This document shows positions 14,995 to 15,549 of a stretch of 15,549 nucleotides of DNA, piece by piece; within the stretch, counting starts at the first letter, position 1; the number at the start of each line of letters is the position of its first letter. The position numbers and the translations under genes were made by a program. This stretch comes from Candidatus Micrarchaeaceae archaeon (GTDB lineage: Archaea > Micrarchaeota > Micrarchaeia > Micrarchaeales > CABMGC01), in contig JAVZDR010000012.1 of assembly GCA_038873795.1 (NCBI GenBank), positions 1-15,549 of the forward strand, written 5' to 3'. The notes under the pieces were generated by a model, which was not told the DNA's origin, made no database searches, and saw nothing but the letters and a program-made list of their open reading frames with translations.

Positions 14995-15549
14995 CTATTC
15001 TATTGTTCTCTTAAACATCACAAAGCTCAGGGCCAGCATCAGTGCGGCGAAGCCCACGAGCACCGACAAGTCAAGCACGGCAGCGCTCAATGGGTAGTAG
15101 CCCGCTATCATTACATACCTTATGCCCTGCACCGCATACGTCATAGGATCCACAACGCTTATGCTGCGGAGGTACCAAGGAAAGTTTGAAGCAGGGAAGA
15201 ACGCGCCTGAAAGGAACCAAAGCGGAAGCAAGACAGCGTTTGAAAATATGGCAAATACTTCGACGCGCCTGACCTTAGCGGCAAGCGCAGTTGTGATGCC
15301 GCCGAAGCCAAGGGATGTGATAAGCACAAGCACTACTATCCATAGGTAGCCAAGCGCGCCCATTGCTACGCCAGCTCCATCAAGCAGACCTATGCCGAGG
15401 GCTATCACGCCATATATCAAAGACTGAAAGGTGCCTGAGAGTATCTTGCTAGATATTACAGAAAGCTTGTTTATAGGAGCTATGAGAAAGCTCTTGAGGT
15501 TGCCGAGCTCCCTATCCATTATCATTGTCATCCCGCCGCCAAACGTGGC
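14995..15549 (-). CDS. ABC-2 type transporter permease (DrrB-like), 5' end outside the window
   Basis: Frame open to the edge (ATFGGGMTMIMDRELGNLKSFLIAP), SKILSG, LPLWFLSGAFFP...P..L..I...DPMTYAV.G.R; several TM helices. Confidence 0.92.
   Translation of the reverse strand, partial: ATFGGGMTMIMDRELGNLKSFLIAPINKLSVISSKILSGTFQSLIYGVIALGIGLLDGAGVAMGALGYLWIVVLVLITSLGFGGITTALAAKVRRVEVFAIFSNAVLLPLWFLSGAFFPASNFPWYLRSISVVDPMTYAVQGIRYVMIAGYYPLSAAVLDLSVLVGFAALMLALSFVMFKRTIE

Overview
Archaeal core-genome window, probably DPANN/Micrarchaeota-like (inferred from codon style and divergent proteins, not verified). Almost everything is on the minus strand. In transcription order: ABC-2 permease (5'-truncated), COG1361 S-layer-like protein, [plus-strand metallophosphoesterase], M50 site-2 protease with CBS domains, SMC, S26 signal peptidase I with a large insertion, HAD 5'(3')-deoxyribonucleotidase-like protein, then a rearranged translation cluster rpl30e-rps12-rps7-fusA(aEF-2)-rpl7ae-rps28e-rpl24e-thiI (thiI runs off the left edge). 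rpl24e and thiI are missing from the ORF track and were translated by hand. No CRISPR array, tRNA, rRNA or intact mobile element is visible. The most interesting signals concern translation: aEF-2 has substitutions at both monovalent-cation-site positions (AHVHHGKT, RRMTI), uS12 has altered decoding-centre motifs (KQPHSGQIK, GSIPG), a 71-nt cloverleaf-like RNA begins at the predicted operon TSS, a K-turn covers the rpl7ae SD, and a perfect 17-nt complement to that K-turn strand lies in another intergenic region 4.8 kb away. There is also a probable IS200/IS605 right-end scar.
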